A stretch of DNA of 62,019 nt, the filler included, from Sphacelaria rigidula (lineage: Eukaryota): the NCBI GenBank assembly GCA_964200075.2. It is 9 parts of 9 records of this genome, joined end to end, with 100 filler letters (N's around TTAATTAATTAA, not from the genome) between each part and the next. Parts side by side here need not be neighbours in the genome. Positions count along the whole stretch, not along the records: positions 20,708 to 27,509 come from CAXNAA020018006.1; positions 27,610 to 34,411 come from CAXNAA020018007.1; positions 34,512 to 41,313 come from CAXNAA020018008.1; 6 more parts are not named here. One strand, written 5' to 3'. Below the pieces are notes generated by a model. The model saw only the letters and a list, made by a program, of their open reading frames with translations. It did no database searches and was not told where the DNA came from. The position numbers and the translations under genes are program-made. Each line of letters opens with the position of its first letter. Position 1 is the stretch's first letter. Shown here one piece after another: positions 25,369-36,266 of the stretch.

Positions 25369-25838
25369 GTTGTACGCAGTTTTGATTTCGTGCTCGAATG
25401 GCAACGCCGAGCGCCTGTGCCATCTCGGTTGGGAGCGATCCTCAGCACAAGAAGATGATACGGTACGGTACACTCCACAGTACAGTGTACTATGACTATT
25501 TCAAGGTATGTCGTGACTACGGCTGAGTCCCTTGGACATGAGTTAATGTACGATAATCAACCAATCAATTGTGTTCATGTACGGCGGGCTGCCGGAAACA
25601 GGAGGTCGTATGATTCCTGCTTGTGTTCTCAGCGGTTCACATTGCTCCTTTGTTGTCTACTCCGATCACGCATTCCGCACTTGTAGAAAGGAAAATCTAG
25701 AAGTCCGAACAGTGGCCCCACGAGAATGATGATCGTTTTGACTACTGGTACAGCAGCCACAATCTGGTATTTTTTATTTTTTATTATTATGTTCACAAAA
25801 ACGCCACGCGCCTTGGTTGTTCGTGTATCGATTTTTAG

Positions 25839-25968
25839 GGTGCTGTCGGCGCGTCGGCGGCGGCCCAGGGGGCTAGCACGGACGTGATCTACAAGATCGA
25901 CATTCCCGCTAACCGCTATGACCTGCTGTGCATCGAGGGCCTGGCCAGGGCCTTGCGTGTGTTCTTGG
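25839..25968 (+). CDS. FARSB: Cytosolic phenylalanyl-tRNA synthetase beta subunit, exon 2
   Basis: tttttag| [43 protein letters not shown](G) |gtacgt; conserved [14 protein letters not shown] motif, phase-compatible with exon 1. Confidence 0.95.
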
Positions 25969-26404
25969 GTACGTGCGATGCTCGCGAATATATTGAGTAG
26001 TATGTTCAGCATGCGATCCTATACGTATACGCAGTTCAAGCTCCACGTCGCCCATGTAAGTGCTGCCTCACCCCCCCCTTTCGTTGTTTGCCTCACTTCC
26101 AACTCCTTACCTTCCTCAGGACGAGTCGCTGGCCTCCAAAGGTTGACCCTTTTAGAACCGTTGATGGGAAAATGACGATTTACAGTTGACGTTTTCTTGG
26201 GCAAGATATGGATGTTTTTTCTGCAAGTCTTGATTGTGCAGCCCACCAAAACGGTGCACCACTCTATGTTCAAGTGTATACTGATGTGACAGATTCGTGC
26301 ACCGAACTCGAAGTGACTTTCTCCCCGTGACGAACGCTCACTTATGCGAGTTCGTGCTGTTTTTCGCGAGTTCCAAATAGGTAAATCCCGATACATGCCC
26401 TTTT

Positions 26405-26713
26405 ATTGTTTTTTTTTTTCTCCTCGCACTTCGAACCCTTCCCCTTCCTCGGGATAAGTCTGTGGTCTCAAGGGATCAACCCATCTATCCCTCGGCACGT
26501 GCCTTACATTTTGGTCTCGCGGATTGGGTCAGCACTACCGCACCGCGTCAACTCACGTCACACAAACCCAGTCGACTACTTCGTTTACTCACGTTCTCAC
26601 GCTTTCCACGGTGGGAATCACAAATTACGAAGGAAAAACCCAACGCATCGGGAATTGAACTCTCGTTCTCTCCACCCTAATGGCGACAGTTGGATCATTA
26701 CACCACCGGGTCG
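26405..26713 (-). mobile_element. tRNA-derived SINE family B (complete)
   Basis: On the - strand: A-box tggtgtaatg, B-box gagttcaattc, 3' gagaccacagac...gaagtgcga plus A tail. Partial copies at 20478-20550(-), 46140-46400, 47540-47625 and 60980-61190. Confidence 0.75.
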
Positions 26714-27281
26714 CAGTGGCATCATTCCCGCACCGCGCCGACTGTCGTCCAACAAACCCGGTAGAGCGAACTATTAAACTTGCTGCTCATATCCTGACGT
26801 TTCTAAAGGCGGATACCAGGCACTTGTGATAACAAGAGTCAAGCTAGACGCATCTATTGGGAATTGCAACCGCGTTGTTTCCGACCTAGTAGTGGTGTCG
26901 GTTGCACTATTAGGCTACCGGGGCGCGGCGAGTCGGTGTACCGTCGCTATTTTTTGGTACGAAATGAAAATCCCGCTTGCATGACCGTACCCGCATGGAC
27001 CCAAAATCCTTTTTTTTTTGCGTGTTCTTGGGATAGGGTTGAGCATGTGGAGCCATATCGAGGTACTCCTGGCCTAGTGAAGCTGCTGCTTACTGAATTA
27101 ATACGTGCTCTTGCGTAGAGCGAAAAATTAATGTTTCAAGACACGTCTAGCCTCACGCCACTGGTGCACGCCCACCTGTATCGTATATCAACGCGTACGC
27201 AAAACATTACCATTTGTGGAAGTCAACCCCCTTGCACCCCCCCCCTCCCCCCCTTCCTCCCCATATTTTCCAAGGAGTTGC

Positions 27282-27509
27282 ACAAGGATGTGCGCCGTCA
27301 CCCACTTTATTCAAGGTATTTGTAAATGACTTGATAATAGGGATATAAACTGCCAAGCAGGGAGACAAGGTGGGTGAAGATATGGTATCAGGATTGATGT
27401 TCGCGGATAATTTTGTGGGGATTTCGGGAACAGCAGAGGGATTACAGAAACAGGTAGACAAAGCGCTAGAATACACTAGGAAATGGAGAGAGACACCGAA
27501 CGTCAACAA
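27282..27509 (+). mobile_element. LINE RT fragment
   Basis: QGCAPSPTL...GLMFADNFVGISGTAEGLQ (RT core motifs), cut by the contig end. Confidence 0.85.
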
Positions 27510-28880
27510 NNNNNNNNNNNNNNNNNNNNNNNNNNNNNNNNNNNNNNNNNNNNTTAATTAATTAANNNNNNNNNNNNNNNNNNNNNNNNNNNNNNNNNNN
27601 NNNNNNNNNCCGAAAAGACTCTCCCCACGCCGTACCGACAAGATCGGTCATGGCCTTCGTCGGAGGACGGGGAACGGAGGAGAGGCCATACAGATATGCT
27701 TTCATCCCTATTCCCTCTCTCAACCCACCGTATATCTTCAGGTTTTCTCCCCCGTGTACTTTGCGTCTTATCGCTGTTTCCCCTCCTTTTTTTATCATGT
27801 ATTTTACTATCGTCTTGTATCCGCCACATTCGCCTATGGACAGTATCTCGTCCTCGTTTCCTCCCACCTCCTTCCATACATTTTGGACTACGCTATCCCA
27901 CCTTATTCTAGCTTGCCCATTCGCCATTTTCTTCCATACAGCCCTAACAAATATGGCCGGCAATCTCTTCCTCTGCATGTTCTTCATGCTATATTGCCGT
28001 TTCAATTTTCGCATGTCTCTGTTTGTTTTAAGTAGGTGCATTCCCACCTCTGCTCCCAATGCTGTGTTACTCGTCGTTTTCGAGCATCCAAGTGTTCTCT
28101 TAGCTGCTGCTATCTGTGCTGTTTCCAACTTCTTCACCAACTTTGCACCCCCCTTCCATACGTCTCCTGCATATTCCAGCTTTGGTACAATCACGTTCCT
28201 CCGTATACCTCTCTTAATCCTAATACCTAGGTGCGAGTCTCTGAGAATCACGTCCGTCCCGCCTTTCTGTGGCTTACCCTTTTCTATTACTTGATTCACG
28301 TATGCATCCCAAGAATAGTTCTTTTGTACATTTCTTCGCCGAGGTGTGTATACTGGTCTACAATCGGCAATTCCTCCTGTCCCCACTTCCATTTGCACTC
28401 TACCAGGTTCTTCATTTCTTCGTTACATACACGGACCGCGCCTTTGTTTACTTTCTCTGCCACTCTCCATTTCCTAGTGTATTCTAGCGCCTTATCTATT
28501 TGCTGCTGCAGTCCTTCTGGTGTTTCTGATATCCCCACGAAATCATCCGCTAACATCAATGTTGATACCGCCTCTTCCCCCACCTTAACCTCTTGCTTTG
28601 TGCTTTCATTGCTATTTCGAATAACGTGGGTGATAACGTACATCATCGTGCAGCTCCTTGTAAAATATAAGAATGTGTCAGTAACTTCCCGTCTAGCATC
28701 ATAGCACTTTCGACACTTCCCGTCATCTTCTCTACCATGATCCACATTTTCCCTCTAATACCAATTTCTCACATCCTTTTCCACAGCCCATTTCTACAAA
28801 CTGTCACAGGCCTTTTATACGTCTAGAAAGGAACAATACGTTGCCAGCCCGGCATCTTTCCTATCTTGAATAATCTCATA

Positions 28881-29866
28881 CTTCCTCTGTCCCATAAGTC
28901 TGGGAAATTATGTTTGTACGAGCCCTTAACGGTGTCGGATGTCTTCGGCGATAATTTTTTTGAAATCTTGAGCGTTTTTCGGGTTGGAACACATTTTTGT
29001 TTTTCTTGCGCACTACCCTGCATGTGCTAGCAGCTAACAAAAAAGTAGTCAGGTCAAAAATGGCCGTATTTTGACCACTTTCCACTGGGTGCACTATAAA
29101 GAACAACACTAAAAACCCCCAAGAATTATCCCCAACCCTAAACCTAACCACCCTCTACTCAACGATCCATGTCGCATCCACCATAATAAAGCCAGTATAA
29201 CAGTGAACCCACAGTAAAACCAAGACACTTGGGGGTCCCCACCTAAAACCAAGACACTTAGGGGGCAAACCAAACAACAGTAGCCCCCCCCCTCTACTCA
29301 ACGCTCCAACTCAACGATCCATGTCGCGTCCCCATACTAAAAACAGTATAATAGCGCCCCCACACTAATACCAGTACACTTTGGGGTTCCACACTAAAAA
29401 AATACACTTGGGGGTCCCACACTAAAACCAATACACTTGGGGGCCCACACTAAAACGAAGACACTTGGGGGTCCACAGGGGAAAACACACGATTAGTTGT
29501 CCTCGCAACCTCCACCGCGATAGCAATGCGGCGGCCCACGGATAGCTCGCCGCCCTTGCAACGGGGGGGGGTACTTCGGGGCAAGTCCATGGTATTGTGT
29601 TGTCTGTGGGCTAGGGCTAGGGGTGGTAAACGCGAATTCTCAAAAACATTCTCAGCATACATCTCAAAAAAATAAATCTCAAAAATGAGCCAAAATGGGC
29701 ATATTTTGAGTTCATTTTAGTATGTACAACCGGCTTTTTCTGTTTTTGCATCAGCTTCGTTGAGACTTCATCTTTTCAACGAACCTAACTATAGGATGAT
29801 CGGAAAAGTATAAGTGTGCAAACAATTACACGCCCATAACTCCCCAGACTTATAGGACAGAGGAAG
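28881..29866. mobile_element. Stowaway/mariner-like non-autonomous element nested in the LINE
   Basis: TA-cttcctctgtcccataagtctggg ... cccagacttataggacagaggaag-TA; a second right end lies at 48316-48388. Confidence 0.88.
29205..29478. repeat. ~29-bp tandem repeat inside the Stowaway-like element
   Basis: About 6-7 copies of cccacactaaaaccaagacacttgggggt. Confidence 0.8.
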
Positions 29867-31175
29867 TACAATCTGTACACATCATCTACGCAACTACGCT
29901 TTAGTCTCAGACCTGCTTACCCCTCGCTGAGTTGTTCTTCCGTCTCTAGCATATATCCCACTTTATCGTTCAGGATCTTACAGAATGTTTTCCCTACCGT
30001 GCTCAGTAGCGTTATCTCTACATAACTTCCTGGGTGAGCTTTGTTCCCTTTCTTGAAAAGGTTTAGTACCATTACTCCTCTCCACCTCTTGGGCGTGTAC
30101 TCGTTTTCCCAGACCCAAAGATTCATCACAACCATGATGGTAATCCTTCCTTTGCGCAGTATTTTCGGAATTTATTCACTGATTCGTCTGCCCCCGCTGC
30201 CTTTCTTTTTTTGAGTTCAGCCACACACGCCTTTGCTTCCTCTCTTCTGAATTTACCCTGCAACTCTGTCAAGTCACTATCTTCCCGTTTGGATGTCTCA
30301 CATTCGCCTTTGCCCAGGCGTTGATTTCTCTCGAACTTCGCGTCGAACCTCTCGTTAGTTGTTGGTGTCCTCAGGTTTCTGTAGTCATATGCTAGTACTT
30401 CTCTTTTCCCCTTCCAACTACCAAACATTTCACCGCTCTGTGCTCTTAGGGTAGCTATTCCCTTGCCTGTCTCTCCTGCCTCCTTGCCCGTTATCCCTTC
30501 CATCCCTGCCCACATTTGTTTCATCCCAACGATATCACCCGATTGACCTGCTTTCCCAACCCTTGCATGAGAATCTCCCACTAGCATTACTTCTCCTTGC
30601 TTTCATTACTTCTGTATATCTGCTGATATCTCTCCAAACCTCCGCTGTATATCGTTTACCGTACTCTTCGATTCTGGGGGCATATTATCTACGAAGCAGT
30701 CTTTCGTCCCCCGCTCTCCTGGCACCCTCATCCATATGCTCTCGTCGAATTTCGTGTCTTCGATCACTTCTATGATGCCACACAGGTATTCCTTGACGAA
30801 GAACCCTACTCCCCCGCTCCCCTGCTCTTGGGGTTCTGTCCCTCCCGCTTTCTCCCTATCCATGCGTACTCTCTACATGTGCATCCTATTTTCGCCCCCT
30901 CTTTCTCCCATGACTCTTGGATTCCCACTATATCTAGGTCGCGGTTACTTGTTCGGCTATCTCTATCCTACTGCGCTCGTCTGTGGCGAATCCACACACG
31001 GTCCAAACCACGATCGTATCTTCTATCTTCTTGCCCCACTGCTGTACTGGTTACTGCCCTCCACGGAGGTCATTTTCACCGTGCAAGGTTCAAGGACGGC
31101 TTGCATAACACAAGGTCTTACTCACACATCGGGATTTGCCGTGCATCATAACTTGCTCCCACCCCGTGTACGGTT

Positions 31176-31211
31176 AACGACTAAGGCAAGCAACAAATGA
31201 GTACGCCCCCC
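31176..31211 (+). mobile_element. ~35-bp LINE 3' tail insertion with 14-bp TSD
   Basis: ccccgtgtacggtt [aacgactaaggcaagcaacaaatgagtacg-polyC] ccccgtgtacggtt. Confidence 0.85.
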
Positions 31212-31764
31212 CCCCGTGTACGGTTCACCGTGGGTCGCTACTCCACTAATGTTTCCGAGTAGACCTTCTTTGCCGAAAGCTTGGCCAACGATCACCACAC
31301 ACTTTGTACCAGCTTCTATCCTTCAAGATCTCAAGAAATTTACGTACCGCTTGGTGCTGCTTCTCGTAGGTGATGATGTCGGTCATTGGTGAGGTGTTTG
31401 TCCCATGAGTGCAGTAGGTCTTGACGCTTACATAATGCATTATCCATCCCTTCTCGTCATTCGACGCCTGTGCACTTAATGTCCGGAATTTCAGAGAATG
31501 TATCATCAGATTTCAAGGCCCAATGGGAACTGGGAAAGGTTTACGGGTATCTCACCGCGAGACTCGACCTTAATGTGAATTTTACCCTATGCTGTCTGTA
31601 CTTGTAACATCTCTCGTATTTTTTATTTGCATGTAAGGTGGTCTACCTTCGCGCTATTACTTACCATGTCTGGGATTTGGCTTATATTTTATGCCATGTT
31701 GTGATATAGCCGCAAGAATCTCGGTTGTTTTCCGTTTGATATGGGGAAGCAGGGCTGTTTTTCC

Positions 31765-33645
31765 TCGCTATATCCGGGCCATGTTCTGGCTAACACAAAA
31801 AAGACGGTTAGCTTCGTTATTCCAGGCCTATGTCCGGGCTGTGCTTTAACAGGTGAAAGACCAAACGTGATCAGCTTATTTATTTCACGTCGATGCCCGG
31901 GCTGTTTCTGGTAGGTGAAAGAAAAACGGTGATTGGCTGCGTTATGTCGTGTCTACGCCCGAGCTGTGTTATGATGGGGTTGAGAAAAAAAGTGATGATC
32001 TTCTAAATTCTATGCCGATGTCCAGGCTGTGTTATGTTGAAATAGAGCGAAAACATGGTTAGCCTCGTTATTTCACGTCTATGTACGGGCTGTGTAATGG
32101 TAGGTTGAAAAATAGAGCGGTTAGCTCCGTCATTCCATGCCTATGTCCGGGCTGAGCTCTGGTAGGTTAAAGAAACAAATGTGGCGAGCTCGTCATTTCA
32201 TGTCGATATCCGGGCTGTGTTATGGTAGGTCAAAGAAGAACGATGGTTGGCCTCGATGTTTCATGTTTATGTCCGGGCTGTGTTCTGGTAGGTTCAGGGA
32301 AAATGATGGTTAGCTTCGCTATTGCATGTCTTTAGCCGGGCTATGTTATCGTAAAAAAATAGTAGTTAGCTTCGCCATTCCATATCTATGTCTGGGCTGT
32401 GTTCTGATGGGCTACTGAAAAACGATGGTCAGCCTCGTCATTTCATGTCTATGTCTGGACTGTGTTATGGTAGGTTAAAAAAAGGAGTGGCCAGCTTCGT
32501 CACTCCATACCCATGCCCGGGTTGTGTTCTGGTAGTTCAAAGGAAAAGGATGGTCAGCTTCGTTATTTCATGTCTGTATCCGGGTTGTGCTCCGGTAGGT
32601 GAAATAAAAACGATGATTTGCTTCTTCATTTCATGTCTGTGTTGGTAAAAGGAAAACGATGGTTGTCTTCGTCATTTCATGTTCATGTTTGCGCTGTGTT
32701 ATGGTAGGTTGAAGAAGAAAGGTGGTTACCTTCGTTATCCCATGCCTGTGTCCGAGCTATTTTCTGGTAGATTAAAAGGAGGGAATTTTTAGCTGCGTTA
32801 TTTCATGTGTGTGTGTCCAGGCTGTGCTCTGGTAGGTGTAAGAAAAACGATGGTTTGATTCTTCATTTCATGCCTATGTCCGAGCTGTGTTATGGTGGGG
32901 TCACAAAAAAGAGTGGTTAGCTTCTGAATTCCATGCCGATCTCCGGGCTGTGCTGTGGTGTGCTACAGAAAAACTTGGTTAGCTGCGCTTTTTCTTGTCT
33001 GTGTCCAGGCTGTGTTTTGCTAGGTTGAAGAAAGAAGCGGTTAGCTTCGTCATTCCATGCCAATGGCCGGGCTGAGTTCTGGTAGATGATTTGAAAAAAG
33101 TGGGTTGACGCGTCATTCCATATCGATGTCCGGGCTGTGTTATGGAGAGTCAAGGAAAGGCAATGGTAAGCCTCGTTATTTTCATGTCCATGTCCGGGCA
33201 ATGTTCTGGTAGGTTTACGGAAGATGATGGTTATCTTCCTTATCGTACGTCCATGTCCGGGCTGTGTTATGGTAAGTTGAAGTAGTTAGTTTCGTCATTT
33301 CATGCCCTCGTTTTCGGTAACCTACCACATCATAACACAGCACAAACATACGCATGAAATGACGAAGCTAAGCATTGTTCTTCCTTGACCCACCAGAACA
33401 CAGACCGGACACAGACAAGAAACAAAAAAGCCAACCGCGCCTTTTTCTGACCTACCACAACACAGCCAGGACGTAGACATGAAAATAACGAGGGCAACCA
33501 CCCTTTTCCTTTGACCCACCAGAACACAGCCCGGACATAGATGTGCAGTAACGGAGTTAAGCATCCTTTTCTCTGACCTACCAGAATATAGCTCGGACAT
33601 AAATGTGCAGTAACGAAGTTAAGCATCCTTTTCTCTGAAGTACCA
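31765..33645. repeat. ~60-bp satellite array; last ~5 monomers inverted
   Basis: Consensus ~gtccgggctgtgtt(a/c)tggtaggttgaaaaaaacgatggttagcttcgttatttcatgtctat, about 25 copies on + (to ~33305); reverse-complement copies at 33320-33645. Confidence 0.92.
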
Positions 33646-33700
33646 GACCATTACTTGGACATACGAGCTGGGCCAGCCTAGAGGCGGCATGGAAGTTTGC

Positions 33701-33921
33701 AGGAGAATGCGCCGGCCAATATTTAGAGTTGGAGCCTGAAATTTGGTATGGACAATGCATAGGGCAATAATCATTTTTCAGCTTTCAGTAAAACGCCCTT
33801 GACTCACGAAAAATAACAAAAAACCTTCAGGTGCTTCTTTCCGATTTTTTTATTATGCCCTATGTATTGTCCATACCAAATTTCCGGGTCCAACTCTAAA
33901 TATTGGCCGGCGCATTCGCCT
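33701..33921. mobile_element. MITE with ~70-bp TIRs
   Basis: aggagaatgcgccggccaatatttagagttgga ... tccaactctaaatattggccggcgcattcgcct. Confidence 0.8.
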
Positions 33922-34680
33922 TTTAAAGATCGGATCGGTATGAATTCGGAACACTATTTCGCAGGTCACTCACCGGCCTACGTTTGGTGTTTGTGTAATG
34001 AAATTTTGGGTGGGCCCTCGCTAGAGCATAATTAACAAATCTCAGTGGGTCTGTTTTCTTTAATTCATTTTTCACTGTTTGAGAGCGTTCTAGTATGGTC
34101 AAGACCATTTCTTTACGAGAACGCCCTAACCGCTATGAAAAAAAAAAATGAAGGCCCATTTATATTTTTAATTCGGCACACTTTTGTGGTTTTCCATGCT
34201 AACTTTCGAATCACAATTCTAAATTTTGAGCTAAAGCATTGAGATAAGGCCTAACAGCAATGTACATTTCTCCTCAAAACTCCACTAAAAACACGAAAAG
34301 AAATTAAAAGAAATGAAAAAAAAATGAAAAAACGCAACGAGCTGTTTTAATACTCTTTTATTATGCACTAGCGGTTCACCACACGAAATGTTATGGAACA
34401 ACTCTCAAAAANNNNNNNNNNNNNNNNNNNNNNNNNNNNNNNNNNNNNNNNNNNNTTAATTAATTAANNNNNNNNNNNNNNNNNNNNNNNNNNNNNNNNN
34501 NNNNNNNNNNNCTGCTTCTGTTACTTCATCTTCGACAGCGGACGCTGTGCGAGATTACCTTCTACGTTTTTGGTCGAGCATTGGGTGCTCGAACTATATA
34601 GCTCTAGACTCTACCGAACACGCTAGCGTGTTTCTTAGAACAAAGAGTAGAGTAACCACGTTAGATAACAAGGCTGTATC

Positions 34681-36252
34681 ATGAGCGGTACAGGAGAAGA
34701 GCGGAGTGTGGTGGAGGAGCTGGAGGCTCCACCTCAGGCGTTGGTGACAACACCAGAGGACTACCACAGCTTTCAAGAATGGAAAGCGTCTCGAGCTCGG
34801 GGGAATTCTACAGCTGGGGGCAAAGACGCGCCTCAGCTAGAAGCCCAAGAAGCAGCGGCCCCGAGGGAGGTTGGGGCTGACACAACACTCACCGGGTCGG
34901 CCGGTCTGGGATTGGGTCGACCAGGGGCGGGGGCGGGAGCACCGCCCAGGGGCACAGCAGGTACCCATGCCCCTGGCACATCGTTAGGAATGATGTCTGG
35001 TCTTGGTTTTCCCAGTACAGGGGGTATGCTAGACGTCGATAGCAGTTTACAAAACCGAGGAAGTACACATCCAGCGTCGTTCATGACTGTGGATTCTAGG
35101 GCCTTGGAAGCGACAGATATCGCCAAGTTCACAAGTAACAAAAGTCATTGATGGACGACTTATTAGCGTGATGTAGAGCGATATGCGTTCATGTGGGGTT
35201 TCGGAGATGGATTGTTTCGCGACCCACCGCTTTGTGTTGATCCTCTAAATGAACCGCAGCTATTAGGGTTGGGTATCAGTCAGGACGACATCAAGCGCGC
35301 TCGCTTTGCGTATATTTTGCTTCTCAACACTGTCAAGGATCCCGTCGCGAGACATATCCTTGTGGATTCGCGATCACCGTCCATAGCATGGCGTGCATTG
35401 GACGAACAGTTCTCTCCCAAAACCTCAGGAGCTAAGATGGATGTCTTAGACGAGTTCAACAATCTGAAGTACACAAAAGAGCAGGATACAGATGAGTGTT
35501 GGATCCAACTACAGTCAGTGCACTCGCGTTCTGTAACGTTGGGGTTGGAGATTCCCCATGAGATGATAATAGATAAACTCCTACATTCCGTCCCTGCTGA
35601 GTACACCACAATTCGAGATCGGTTGCGTTTCGAACCATCACTGTTGACTGACAAGACCCGAGCTGCTGTAAACGACAAATTTCTGTCTCTGAAGAAAACC
35701 GGTAGTTCGCGTGGTAGTGATCACAACCGTGCCTTCTTTGCCGGCAAAAAGAGTTCCGGCTACAGGAGGAAGAAAAAAGGAGGCGGGAAATCGCAGAAAT
35801 CCGCGGCTGGATCAAGTGATGGAAACACACAGTCGGATGTAAAAGCAGGCGGTGACGGTAGTTCCTCGGATGAAAAAAAAGCCGTAGAAAAGACAAACCT
35901 CGCCTGTTATGAGTGTGGAAAACCTGGCCATTTTAAATCTGAGTGCCCAGAACGTGTCTGCGAGGTGTGCGGAGGAAAAGGATATTCGAAAGAATTTCAC
36001 CAAATGGTTGCAATGTACACATCTGACGCAGTAGACTTTGGTTTCGTAGCAGTCGGGACTGACGAGTACGCGTCTGCAGCAGATGGTACCCGAGGGGACT
36101 GCCCAGTTCTTGGCGACGGAAGGAAAGAGGTCTGGATTGCAGACAGTGCTGCAACATGTCATATAACCCCTTCGCGTCACTGCATGTATGACCATGAGCC
36201 TTGCTCTCATCGTTCGGTGACGGTGGCTAACAGTCAAAAGGCGCCGATGTAG
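34681..36252 (+). pseudogene. gag: Copia gag + protease (two in-frame stops, then a frameshift)
   Basis: One frame from ATG 34681 with TGA at 35149 and TAG at 35164; CCHC knuckle CYECGKPGHFKSEC; protease motif WIADSAATCH; frame break at ~36250. Confidence 0.9.
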
Positions 36253-36266
36253 GGTTTGGAAAAATC

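Larger units (their letters stand above)
27670..30945 (-). mobile_element. Decayed non-LTR retrotransposon ORF2 (APE endonuclease + RT)
   Basis: APE motifs DLDIVGIQESW, GGVGFFV and LVGDSHARVG; RT motifs ITLLSTVGK, LMLADDFVG and YTHLG; many stops and frameshifts; interrupted at 28881-29866. Confidence 0.9.

Noticed and set aside
27650..28294. 214-aa + strand ORF (and similar antisense ORFs at 53406-54059 and 57547-58550)
   Set aside because: These are antisense shadows of LINE ORF2.
31765..33645. CRISPR-like array
   Set aside because: Whole monomers are homologous, there are no unique spacers and no cas genes, and the context is eukaryotic.
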